A stretch of 64,000 nt of DNA from positions 129,027 to 193,026 of the forward strand of contig CT868671.1 in NCBI GenBank assembly GCA_000165425.1. Direction: 5' to 3'. The position numbers and the translations under genes are program-made. Shown piece after piece: positions 1-12,599 of the stretch. Position 1 is the first letter of the stretch; each line of letters begins with the position of its first letter. Under the pieces are notes generated by a model, which saw only the letters and a list, made by a program, of their open reading frames with translations, made no database searches and was not told the DNA's origin. The stretch is from Paramecium tetraurelia (lineage: Eukaryota).

Positions 1-1621
1 AAATTTAACTAGGACATAAGAGCAATGGGAAACTTAATACCAAAGTTTTCAAGACACTAACACAATGGATACATCTGGTTATATTTATATTAAATAATTT
101 AGGGTGGATTATAAGTGGTAATTATAATGGATTGTAATTATCCACTTGCAATGGTGTTACAATGTTTGGAGGATTTAATGCATTTGGAACCAATACAATA
201 ATATCTAAACACTTTTCCTTACCTCCTCATTATTAAATCAAAGTAAGTTTAGAATTTTGGAAGTATTTCTAATTTTTAAAGTAGAATTGATAGTTGGGAT
301 GCTGAATATCTCTATATTCTCATAGATGATTATGTATCTTCAAGGCAATGTTATTTTTCAGTAGGGACCTAATTATGTGGAAATTCAGGGAGAAATGACT
401 GGTTAGAGACAATTATCCCTATTACTTTATAAATGAATCATAATTCAGAATTTTTAATGATAATAATGACTTCAAGTCTTAATGAAGCTGTTGATACAGT
501 ATAATATAATTAAATATTAAAGGAAAGTTGGGGATTTAGAGACTTTAAGTTGTAAGTAGTTAAATGTCCTTCAGGATGTTTATTTTGTTCAGACAATGAT
601 TATTATCATTGCTATTTATGGATTAAGATTTCATCATTATCGCATGAATCAATGTTACTTGATGGATGGATGAAAAATGATATTATCTAGCCAACAACAT
701 ATTAATGTGTGAGTTTTAATCTTATTAACTTGACACCAAATGATAAATTGGAAAATATTATAGAAAATTTGAGATTGCATGATAAAATGTAAATAAGTTT
801 TTAACTTTGGTAAATTGATAGTTGGAATAATGAAAACTTTTAGTTATATGTAGATGATTAACTTTAAAAATAAATTGTTTTAAGTACAACAGGTACTTAT
901 TCTATTTGCGGATCTGCTGGATTAGAAAAAGTATTTAATATTGCCGTTACTTTCCCTCATACATCATCAGAATGTAAAATAACTATGAAAACCAATCATA
1001 ACGCAGCTACTACAAATGCATATTGGGGAATAAGGGCATTTAATCTATTTATTTCAAATGCATGTTTTAAAGGGTGTGATGAATGTATCAGTCTTTTAAA
1101 AACAGGTTGTACCGTTTGTTCAAGTGGATGGGTCTTTTACACTAATTTATGCATTTATCGTACTCATTTATCATATTATAGCTTCTCCTATGTTGGGTAT
1201 AACCATCCGAATTACTTAAATTAAAGATCCAAAGTCACATGAAAGGATTCCTATGGAGATCAATCTATTAGAAACTAATTAATAAATAGTCACTTAAGGA
1301 ACATTTACATATACAATTAATAATAATATATCAATATTGAATATTAGAGTCTATGCAAAATGCTATCCTAATAAAAAAATGAAAAGTTATTTTATAAAGT
1401 GCATCGAATGTTAACCTTAAAACTAATATTAGTTTTAGCATTATTGTTATGGAGCTATAAATTCTATAATTTACAATGCCAGATTTCAATAAATTACAGA
1501 TTCAGAATAAAAGTTGATAATAAATACATCTGATACCGAATGTTCAATTTATTAAGTAGTAAATGTTGGAACCGAGTTACTTCAAATTAAACTATTAGAA
1601 ATTTTATAACAAGATATTTGA
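1..1621 (+). CDS. Secreted Cys-rich 'IDSWD-domain' family protein, copy 1 (5' end outside window)
   Basis: Ciliate-code translation with 4 tiny introns: ...RTQEQWETQYQSFQD...LPPHYQIKVSLEFWK|IDSWDAEYLY...CPSGCLFCSDNDYYHC...IDSWNNENFQLYVDD...CFKGCDECISLLKTGCTVCSSGW...KLLEILQQDI, TGA at 1619-1621; paralogous to the minus-strand copies. Confidence 0.85.
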
Positions 1622-2879
1622 ATATTCAATTTAATATTTTGATTACATAATTAATATCTTAACTAATCTTTAGTAATTTAAATTAAAAATAAATAATACA
1701 TCTAATTTTACTGGAATTTTACTAAATTTCAATTTCAAAACTTTTCTTTACTCCTGTAATTAAATTAGCTAAAAATAAAATAATCATTATAATAAATGCT
1801 ACAAAAATTCTGATTGATATCAAAGTAAGATATCTAAATCTATAGTTTATGATTTCAAATTCAAATTCAAAAGTTTGGTTGAATTGGAAGTAGGACAATG
1901 TTTCATGCTTATCTAAAAATTGAAAAGAGGTTAAAACTGTTATATATCAGTAATAAAACATCTATTTTAAACACTTAAGAATTAACGTGCTAAGTGATAA
2001 ATGAATAATAATAAACAAACTAAGTCATGCAAACTAGGTCAAAATCTGTTATGATCATAATTATCTATTTCTTTTCTTTTGGATCATTCTCAAGTCTCAT
2101 TTATTATGTGGATTAGAATTCTTCACGAAGTCATGGCTAATATCGTTCGATTGAGGGAAAAGCAGCAATTTCATTTTAGTATTGAATGATTAAAAATTAA
2201 TTTAACAGCTCTTTTTTTTCAGTAATTTTTTTATTTGAATATCCAACCGATAGTCTATCTTTTTTTATTCTTTTTTACTCACCCTTAGACAACTTAAAAA
2301 ATTAGAAAAGATTGAAGAAGTCTAGTGAAAAGACTTCTAAGAAAACTTTCACACTAGAATTATTGGTATGTAGACAAGGATATTAAAAATATAGAATTTT
2401 TTGTAAAGATATGAATAAAGACTACATCTTATTAATTATTTTTCTAAATCCCTTATATTTTATTTAATTAATTAGATGTAATAGTTTTATAATTGATTAA
2501 TTCATTTGTTCCTTTGCTATTACTTTCTTTATTGATATTGTTTATTATGTTATCATAGTTGTATATAAATCTGTAAGAATGTTTTTACAATAAACTAATC
2601 TATTCCTTTACAAGGAAACTATTTTAATTTAAAGCCATATTAATTAAGCAATTATGATAAGGTAGTTTAACAAATAGGATTTAATGCCAGATTTATAATT
2701 TTGGGCTAGATAGCGATCGATTCTAGATTAGTTCTGGTGATCAATGTTCATCTGTCTTGTCTCTTTAAAAAAAAAGTGTTAAATTTAGATGGTTTAAATT
2801 TTAATGTAAATGGTTATATAAATCATAAGTATTATTAATTGGAATATCAAATTTTTTAATCGTTTCCTAATATAGATAG

Positions 2880-3493
2880 ATTTATTTTTTCTGTAAAGTT
2901 TGAAGTATTTCTCATATAAAGTGTAGAATTGAGATTTGGGATGATGAATTCGTTTATGTCATAGTATGTGATACTTTACGGACAAAAAGTTATCCATGAT
3001 CAGAAGGTATCTAACCTTGTGGATATGGAATTGGTTAGTTAGACTTAATTCAATCAATTATCTTTAATATAAATCACACATCAAAATCATTAATTTTGAT
3101 TTTAAAGATTATAATATAATTATTGTTTTGATTTTTATCAATAATAATTGATAGATGGATGAAAAAAATGATAACATATATCCTGCAACATATAAATGTG
3201 TAAGTGTTGATCTTGTTAGAGGATAATTAATTTAGCAACAATTATAAATTAGAAAAAATTATACAAAATTTGAGTCCTCATTATAAAATGTAAATAAGTT
3301 TTTAACTTTGGTAAATTGATAGTTGGAATAATGAAAACTTTTAGTTATATGTAGATGATTAACTTTAAAAGTAAATTGTTTTAAGTAAAACAGGTAATTA
3401 TTCTATTTGCGGATCTGCTGGATTAGAAAAACTATTTAATATTGCAGTAACTTTCCCTCATACATCATCAGATAGTAAAATAACTATGAAAAC
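2880..3493 (+). pseudogene. Decayed, truncated family copy 2 (5'/middle part), ending at the left inversion breakpoint
   Basis: Reads 'IEIWDDEFVYVIV' after the conserved intron 2; 3291-3490 is nearly identical to 791-990; internal deletions; similarity stops abruptly at ~3493-3500. Confidence 0.75.
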
Positions 3494-4280
3494 AAACCAC
3501 ATAAATCATTTGAATTAGGGAGCCTTTGTAAGAAGTAATTTATTGAAGAGTTTTAACTAATTGATTTTCTACTCTTTTTAAATCCTCAATGTTTTACTGT
3601 TTAAGAATGTCTAAGTCCCCTTTATACAATTTAAATTGCAACCTCATCATTTCATTCTCTAAATGCAGCTAACTCACTTTGTTTTATTCGAATTACATTT
3701 GATATTGCAAAAGGATGCAATTTTATTAATGTTGAATAAATGCTTATTGTTTAATTTTCCTCTAATCCAACCATTACTTTGGTTTTGAATTTAAGTACAC
3801 TTTAAATAAACGAATGGGACAGTTCTTAAAAATGCAATCCAATAACTAAATTATTTTATAACTTACTTAATCTAATTTATAAATTCATATAATAACAAAG
3901 TTTGTATTGCAATAAGGGAATATTTTACTTATATAATCTATTAAGAAATATATTCTAAGGGTCCTTTGTTATAGGTTCATTTGAAGTCGATAATAAAAAT
4001 AATAAATAAGACATTATTTATTTTGATTTCTTCTTTACTTTTTTTTTTATTTTACAATCAATTAAATGATACCCCTTCTTACATACTATATATTTATTTA
4101 AGTTTCTCAACAAATGGATTTACTTAAGAATAAAATTATAATTGAGCAGTTTTTACTATATATGCTCAAAATATAAAAGTATAGAAGAAATTTTGTAAAT
4201 TGTCTTTTAAGATGTAGTCAACTCCAAGAAGTAAAGTGTAATTAGAAATAAATAAAGACAAGCATTGTCCATATTTCCAT
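3487..4280 (-). pseudogene. 5' half of a broken coiled-coil + RING finger gene
   Basis: Minus strand reads ...ENEMMRLQFKLYKGDLDILKQQNIEDLKRVENQLVKTLQQITSYKGSLIQMIYVVCF, then breaks. Upstream frames are interrupted by TGA; the 5' limit is approximate. Confidence 0.65.
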
Positions 4281-4327
4281 TTTATTATTTTAATTTTAAA
4301 TAAATTCATATTATTCTTCAATATAGT

Positions 4328-5013
4328 ATGACAGAGGAACAATGTGATTATGTATTCAAGTTTATTATCATTGGCAATGGGAATTGTGGCAAAACAAGTC
4401 TACTATATCATTATATTCATGGAACATGTAATTTATACGATCAAATAAGAAATATGCAATGTAAGATAGACACTGGGTGTTCAATTTTCAGCTAAAATAG
4501 TATGCGTGAATAAAAAAAAAATAAAGATGCAATTGTGGGATACAGCAGGTTAAGAGAGATATAGATCTTTGACTAAGGGTTATTATCGCGGAGCACTCGG
4601 AGCCTTAATTGTGTTTGACATTACTAAGTAATACATTAACAGTAATTTAGCTCAGACTCTTTTGATGCCTTGTAAGATTGGATCAAACATGCAAGAGACT
4701 TCTCAAAACCTTCTATTCAGATTATTATAATTGGAAACAAAGCAGATTTAGACAAAGAGAGGTAATAGCAATATTTAAAATGAGATCAATTTCAGAGTAA
4801 ACTGCAAAATAATTTTGTTAAGAGAATGATGTTCAATACATTGAAACTAGTGCAAATACTGGCTATTAGGTTAATGAGGCTTTTACATAAATTACAACCA
4901 AAGTTTTAGATTTACTCTAAGAAGGAGCAATTGATGAAAATATGATTAAACCTAAATTTTTAACCTCTAAAAAGAGTGATGAAACCTAACCTACATAGCA
5001 ATGCAATTGTTGA
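4328..5013 (+). CDS. Rab-family small GTPase (Rab2/4/14-like, divergent)
   Basis: MTEEQCDYVFKFIIIGNGNCGKT; WDTAGQERYRSLTKGYYRGA; GNKAD; ETSA; C-terminal CNC prenylation motif; 3 short introns. Confidence 0.93.
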
Positions 5014-5186
5014 CAACTTTTTTTGTTATTTAATACCCAAAATTAGTCTAATCAAATATAACTAAAATATATGGAGCAATGTTTAAATATTTCAAAATTT
5101 GCAAATTAAAAAAAGAATAGGATGGGCTGTCTCTTCTTACATATAATTTTATATATATATATAATATATCATTACTGATATCCTAC

Positions 5187-5991
5187 TCAGAGGTTTTCAA
5201 CGTTTCCACCTTCATCTTCAAGTTCTGAGGTCCATAATGTTAAATTATCTCTGATGAGTTACATGATGGTTGTGGCATCCTTGTATTGGTCTTCTTAGAT
5301 TTATTCAATGTCGGCGATAGCATCATCGAAAGCCTAGAGAGGGTTAATTCAAACTATTACTGATTTAGCTAATTAGCAAGCCTTGGCGGCATCATTCAAA
5401 ACTTCGTAATAGAAAACGGAGAAGTTCAAAGCAAGTCCTAATCTGATTGGGTTTGTTGTCTTTAATTCGGAATTAGCAACTTAAGAAGCAGCTTAATAAG
5501 CAGCAAGTGCACCATCAGCGGCCTTCTTGTGTTGATCACCGGTGGCGTATTCAGAAATGTATCTGTGATAATCTCCTTTCATCTTGTGGAAGAACACCTT
5601 GGCTTCTGGGGTTGAGGCTGTTTTGATTAAATGGCTATCGATCAAATTAAGGATATCATTGCAATATTGATTAAGCTCCTCTTCAATCTTCTTCTTGTAG
5701 CTTCTGATCAAAACAAGATTCTTTTAGGAAGCTGGTTAAGATTGAGCCTATGAAAATAATTAATTTATATACCTTTCCTTCTTCTTTGTTTTCAATACTT
5801 GATAAAACTCTCCAAGCTGTTCTTCTTCCACCAATGCTGTTTTTATAAGCAACAGAGAGAAGGTTTCTTTCTTCGACTGACAATTCTTATCCATTCTCAA
5901 CAACTTATTTGATGTAATTGACCATATCTTCAAATCTCTCGGTTTATTCTGTCAACTTTGTCATGTAGATGAGTTCCTCCCTTGTGCTCAT
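5187..5991 (-). CDS. 14-3-3 protein
   Basis: [69 protein letters not shown]; 2 short introns. Confidence 0.97.
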
Positions 5992-7659
5992 TTTGGATAT
6001 TTAAAATTTAAATTTTTTAATTATTTCTAGAAAATTAGAAGTCCCTTAAATATCATAATTCGCACTAAATCCAAAATTATTTAAATATATAATAAAAATA
6101 CTATTATTACATTTCTACATCTATCAATACAATGCTTGACCTTAACCCATTCATGGTCATAGAATCTTCATATGTCTGGCAAATCCTGATGTATATTATA
6201 TCGAATTTTGTGTATAATTTCCTCAAAATTAAAATAGATATTTTTCTACTCTTTACATTAAGAGGCTATCATCATAAAAATCAGGTGCTTGTCTCTCCTG
6301 AATCTCAAATGTGATTCTTGACCATATACATTCTTTAATCAGCAATTTAAAACGAATGAAATCATGAATCAATTAATATGGATTTAAAAACCTTCTTATT
6401 ATTCAAAGCAATATAATATTCCCCTATGCTTACCTTATTTCTTATGAACTAGAAGAGAGATGAAGAACTGTTATTTTGATAAATAAATTATTAAATTGGA
6501 TTAATTAATTTAATCGAAAACCTTAGATATATTATAAATCTAAAATAACAGAAACAATATTCTAATCAGATAACTATTAAATAAATAGTAATATCCAGAA
6601 GTATTTCATAATGAAAGATTTAAATAAGCTTTTTAAATAAAATTACTCAAAGCTTTACTAAATTACGAATTTATGTAAATATTTTGAATTTGCAATTGAA
6701 TGTTGATAATATTGCAAAAAGAAAAGAATATTACTATAATACAGAGTATAAAGATCAAATGAATAGCGAATGAATTTGAAGACAATAAAAAGAAAAATAA
6801 ATAAATAAGCGTCATTAAAATAAATTGCTGATAAGAATTCACAAATATTAGAAAGAAATAGATAGTTTCAGACAAATCCCCTTTGACTAGATAATTTGAA
6901 TAATGTATAGCTAAAAACAAGCGAAGATTAAAGTTTAAGTTAAAAATTGCAATAGAAAATAAAAAATATTTTGAAGGGCTTTGTTTAGGCGCAGTTTTAT
7001 TGATAATGTTTAAGATTTAATGAATCAATTTAACGCATAAAAATTTGAACTCTTATAAATATATATAATAGAAATTTGCATCTTAAAACTTTAAATAGAA
7101 TTATAAACATTAATTATATTCAAAAAAGCCTAATATAAATCATAAATATAAGAAGGAAAATATCAGAAGGCAATTTATCCATAAGGATCATTTTAATTTT
7201 GAATCTTTAAAAGAGAATAATCATTCTTTGAGGATCAATGCATACCTATCAGATAAAATATTAGTTAACTTATTTATTTGATTAACTTTTTAAATAAGAG
7301 ATTTTCAATATCAGTGGAAACTATCTTAAAATGAACTATAAGACAGTATCTATTAATAGTAAGATATATAGATGCCATAATTAAAGGTTATTTTATTAAA
7401 TATTTAAATGATAAAGGATTATATTGTAAAGTTTGATTCTTTATACTCGTAACTTTGATATTTTCAAATATAAAATCTCATTGAAAAATTAATTAGATCA
7501 TCTTCACATACTTATTAAATGAATTCATTAAATTACAAATCATAAATTTGATATTTATGTGAATTCATTAGAGAGTTTAGTCTAATTTGATTATATAATA
7601 TTTTATATTTCGAGAATTATAAGGAAGCAATTCGTTAATTATTTTAATAATAATAAGAA

Positions 7660-9557
7660 ATGAACGATTCTTCATGTTCTTTGGATACATGTTGTGATAG
7701 AGGTCTACTGAATTTAGGAGATTGTATTTGTGATTATGGATTTTTTGGTGATCATTGTGAAGAATAGATATCTGAAATTTTCACTCCCTAATACTATATT
7801 TTCATTGGCTTATATAGTTTGGTGTTCTTATACACATTAATTAATGCAAGTTATTAGCTTTATCATAAGATATTTGATAAAAACCTCACTATACAAGAGA
7901 AGTAAAAGTAAAATTGAAATAGATCTTAGATATCCATTAAACTATTAATAGCATCTCCTAAAAACATAATTTTAACCTTATCTTGTTTGTTTAGCTTAGT
8001 AAAGTTGATATGGCTAATATTGGATCCCCTTTAGCTTTATGTAATTTATATTGATATAAAAGCAAGGAAAAACAATAATTATTAAACACATTTTACATGA
8101 TATTGCTTATACAATTTTATTCTACATTTATGGATATTTATTAATCACATGGTATTCAATGTATGCTGAAATATGTTTTTATTTATCGAATTAAGTATAA
8201 AAATAATTAATCTTTAGGAAAAGAATGACAATTATTTTAAAAGCTAAAGCAGTAAATGGATATGCTAACATTACAAGAAGGTGGTGAAGCTGAGATTATT
8301 TTTAGTATTGCTTGTTCAAACAGCAGTTAGCATATTTACTGGTATATTTTTACCTAGATATATCTGATAGGATTAAGATTGGAGATATAATACCCTCATT
8401 TCGCTGTTGTTTGTTATTCCTTTCTCCTTATTAACTTTATTATCTTTATTGTTGAATTTGCTTTATATGGGATCAAGCTGTAAAGATGCATTCGACATTA
8501 GCTTAACCAATTTTATAATGAAAAAAAGAAAAAAATCCTTAATTTAGTGACTATGAAAGAAGAGTTATAAAAATAATTAGAGCAAAAACAATCTGATGGA
8601 TAATTTCAGTCTGGTAACTAGAATAGAAAAATTGAGAATTCCCCATCTCAAAAATCTTCAAGAGGACCAAGCGAAGACTTGCCCTAGGTTTTAGTGCCTA
8701 GTTAAAAGGAAAGACTTAGAAAAAAAAATGTGACATTTTGCAAAAACAGTTCAAGCTTTGTGTATTACAGATAGGAGAGTCATCATAATATTAAAATTAA
8801 TTAAAACATATAAGAAGTTATTGCAGAGCAAACAGAAAATTCTGAAAGAGAGGCTAACATAATATAGAACATCAATCAAAGTTTTTGTTTAGAGGAATCT
8901 ATAAAATAAATTGATTGGACCAGTGATCAATAAGATAAAAAAATAATAGAAAATGTTATTTAGAAAAAAAATTAAGTTGTAAGAGATGCAAAGGAAAAAG
9001 TTTAAAGTGATCAAGAGAGTTATTTTGTACATTAAAAATATAATAATAAAAAGCAAATTGATTTAAGTAATTTGAGTGATCAAAGTTAAGATTAAACTTA
9101 ATACACTTAAATAGGATAGTAAATAGATGCTTTTGAATAATAGAAATATTTAGAAGAGTAATAATTAACTTTGAAGTCTAGCAGTTTAGAAGCTGATAAA
9201 AATATTCTATATAAGATTATGCTTTTAGTATCTTTAGGAATTACATATGAAGTTATATTTGGAATTATGTGTATAATTGCTTTAGTTAGTGAAGCAATCT
9301 ATTCAACCCCGATTGGAACTATTGTTTATTTATATGTTTCTAGTACACTTTAGTTTTTATCATTATTTAACGTGTTAAAATTATTTAAGGACTTTCGTTC
9401 TTAATAAATTAAGAACTTTATTTGGATTTAAAAAATAGGAAATAAAAAGAGTGACTTAAATTAAAATTATTCATTTATAATACCATAGGAATACAAACAA
9501 GATGATGATATGTTAAGAAAATTTGAAAGCAGAATAAATTTGATCACTTTATATTGA
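7660..9557 (+). CDS. EGF-like N-terminus plus seven predicted TM helices (GPCR-like topology, possibly THH1/TOM1/TOM3-type)
   Basis: MNDSSCSLDTCCDRGLLNLGDCICDYGFFGDHCE; seven hydrophobic segments with a long polar loop between TM5 and TM6; 3 short introns; TGA at 9555-9557. Confidence 0.8.
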
Positions 9558-10232
9558 TTTGTATTGATTTAAGTATTACTATTTTAAATATTAATAAAAT
9601 AACAATAATCTAGAAAATATAAAATTCAATTTTGCTTATACTTGGTGTCTTTAAAGAAGTCTGCTCTAACTAATTTGATTAATTTCTAATTGATATTGAT
9701 TAAAATACTTCTCTTAATTCTTATTCTGTAATATCATTTCTTTCATATTAATCAAAATAAGAGGTCAAGAAATCATCTTATGCAATAATAAATTCTTTTA
9801 ATTGAATTTTTTCTTTTTCTGTTATGAATTTGTTCTTAAACAATTCAGTTGTAAAATAAAGTTATTTAGCTGGTTATCTTTATAATTATTCCATTCTTTA
9901 CTTTTTAATATTTATATTAACAATTATTTTTAATTCATTATTTATTGCAATCTATTTATGAAACATATATCAATTATATTCAAAATATTTACATATCTGT
10001 TATTTTATTTTTGGATATTCTTGATAAGAGTGACAGTTTTATAGCCAATCTCTAGTATAATAATATATAAATGGCAAATAATCAACTTTATGCAAAATAA
10101 GGGAACTTAAGAAAAATGCAATCGAAATTAATTAAAAAAGACCATTTGACTTCTAAAATATCTAGCATCATTAAGAAGCTAAAAAATAATGTAATGCATT
10201 TAGTGCTTTAAATAAAAATGTAATATATATAT

Positions 10233-11901
10233 TCAAAAATCTTCTATTATAATTTCCAAAATTTTGACAAATAAAGGTAATTCATCAATAACTCTAATTA
10301 CTTAATAAATTACACATTGTGTATCAGATGTATTAATTATCATTTCTTATTCTCTAATTATCCTTTATTCGTATTTAACATTATAAATTACAGTGTTGAA
10401 AGCCTACTAACAATTTAAAAAAAATGAATATTAGTACGAATCTTAAAGTTTATTGCTTTAAAATAAGCTTTTAATCCTTGTTTTTGGAAGGCATTTTATA
10501 TAAACTTAAACAGTCAAGAATTTATATTGATTCTTAACTGAAATTGTAAAATTTCCTTAAGTATTGATTTATTAATCAACTTCTAATAGATTGATCTCAA
10601 TAGGAATTCTATCATCTGACTATAAATCTTTTATTTAACTAGTTGAAATTTGCGATAAAAGCATAGGGGGAGCTATATTATTAGGAGATATTAATACAAT
10701 TAGTGCATAAGTTCTTGTAAAGCACCCATTCACTTGAACAAACAGTGCATTCTGTTTTTAAAGGACCAAAACATTCATCACAACCTTTACAACATTTTGC
10801 AAGATAAATATTGAATGCCCTTATTCCCCAATATGCATTTGTAGCTGCATTAGGACTAGTTCTCATTGTTAATTTACATGATTATGATGTATGAGGTAAA
10901 CTAACTACTATATTATATATATTTTCTAATCCATTTGATCCTCCACAAATAGAATAAAAATCTATATCACTAAATACAGTTTAATTATAAATTTAATCAT
11001 CTATGAATAACTAAAACTAAAAGTACTCACCTTAAAACTACCGTGTATCAATTATCCAAAGTTAGAAATTTATTTAAATTTTATAATGAGGACTCAAATT
11101 TTGAAAAATTTTGTATAATTTATCATTTGAAGCTAAATTAAGGTATCCTCCAACAAGCTCAAACCTTACGCATTTATATGTTGCAGGTTAGATATTATCA
11201 TTTTTCATCCATCCTTCAAGTTCTATTGATTCCTGCCATAATGATAAAAAACCAATCCAATAATAACAATTATTATAATCATTGTCTGAACAATATAAAC
11301 AACCAGAAGGACATCTTACTATAGCTAATGTAAAATCTCTCAATCCCCAATATTTCTTTAATATAGTTACTATTTACATTATGATATAAATCCAGATTTG
11401 AAGTTATTATAATTATTAAAGATTCTTAGGAATGATTCGTATTTAATGAGATAGTTTGATATTCATCATAACTATTATTTTGGTTATAATCATGACATAA
11501 TGAGTTGCCATAATGAAAAAATTAACCTTTATCTTTTGACCATCTTATTTCATCTATTAATACATTAATAGAATCTCTGCCATCCCAATCACCAATTCTA
11601 TTTTTTTATGTAATTAATACTTTATAAGTTCAAAAGTAATTTCGAGTAGAAAATGAGGAGGTAGTAAAAATTACTTAGATACTATTGTTTTACTTCCGAA
11701 GGCTTCATATCCTCCAAATAAATAGGTATTGCAATGATGGGTGAATAAGTTTCCATATCCATTACTTACTATCCACCCTTTACTCTAACCTTATTAATCA
11801 TAATAATATGATTAAGTTGGAAAGTTTTGTTAAATAATTTCATATGTTTAGTATGCCATAGCTAAACATAATAAAAAGAATATAAATAAATTATGTTTCA
11901 T
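10233..11901 (-). CDS. Secreted IDSWD-domain family protein, copy 3
   Basis: ATG at 11901 (MKHNLFIFFLLCLA signal-like start); LPPHFLL; variant motif IGDWD; CPSGCLYCSDNDYNNC; CCKGCDECFGPLKTECTVC; ends EIIIEDF-TGA. Confidence 0.8.
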
Positions 11902-12599
11902 CAGTTTAATTTAATTATCATTTTTATCATTTTATCTTGAACTACATTGCTTAGTAGTTAGATTGATTGTTTTCCCAAAAATATATTAAATTTCATCAAT
12001 TTAATATAATTTTAAACATGTTAATTATTTGCTTCCCTAACATCTTTGGTTAAATCCAATTATCTAAGAATTCTACTTTCTCTATTTTAATGATATAAAA
12101 CTAATATGGTTAGAATTACTTATCTACCTTATTGATTTATAAAGAATAATCAATTAATATTTATATTAATCAGAGGCTGTAATATATTTTGATGTTTGAA
12201 TAAAATTAAAGTTAAGAGTTTTATTAATTTTATTAATTAAAACAATTATTCTTAAATTGAAAAAATGTATAGCAGCATCTAAACTAACAGATCAATTGCA
12301 TCTTTCTTTTTCTACCTAATCTTTAACGACATCCACAATCCATGCCAAGTTATGAACAATCATTTTAATATGCGCTTCCATCAAAATCACGCTTCATAAT
12401 TTTTAGGTTTTTCTGTGTATTTAGAAAGTAGATAGATTGGTTTGCATCAACAAGAGATAAAATTTCTTCTTTTTGAAACTAATATTTTGTTACTTTATTG
12501 TTTTCTTGTTTCATAAGGTTATAATCGATTTTTTTAATCTTAAAAGTCATTTTCAAACTGTTATTAGAGCACACCTCCCATTATATAATTTCTACTAAA

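Noticed and set aside
6132..7600. Possible gene between 14-3-3 and the EGF-7TM gene (ORFs 6132-6314, 6663-6920)
   Set aside because: Frames are repeatedly broken by TGA without convincing introns and show no recognisable motif; may be a pseudogene but cannot be supported.
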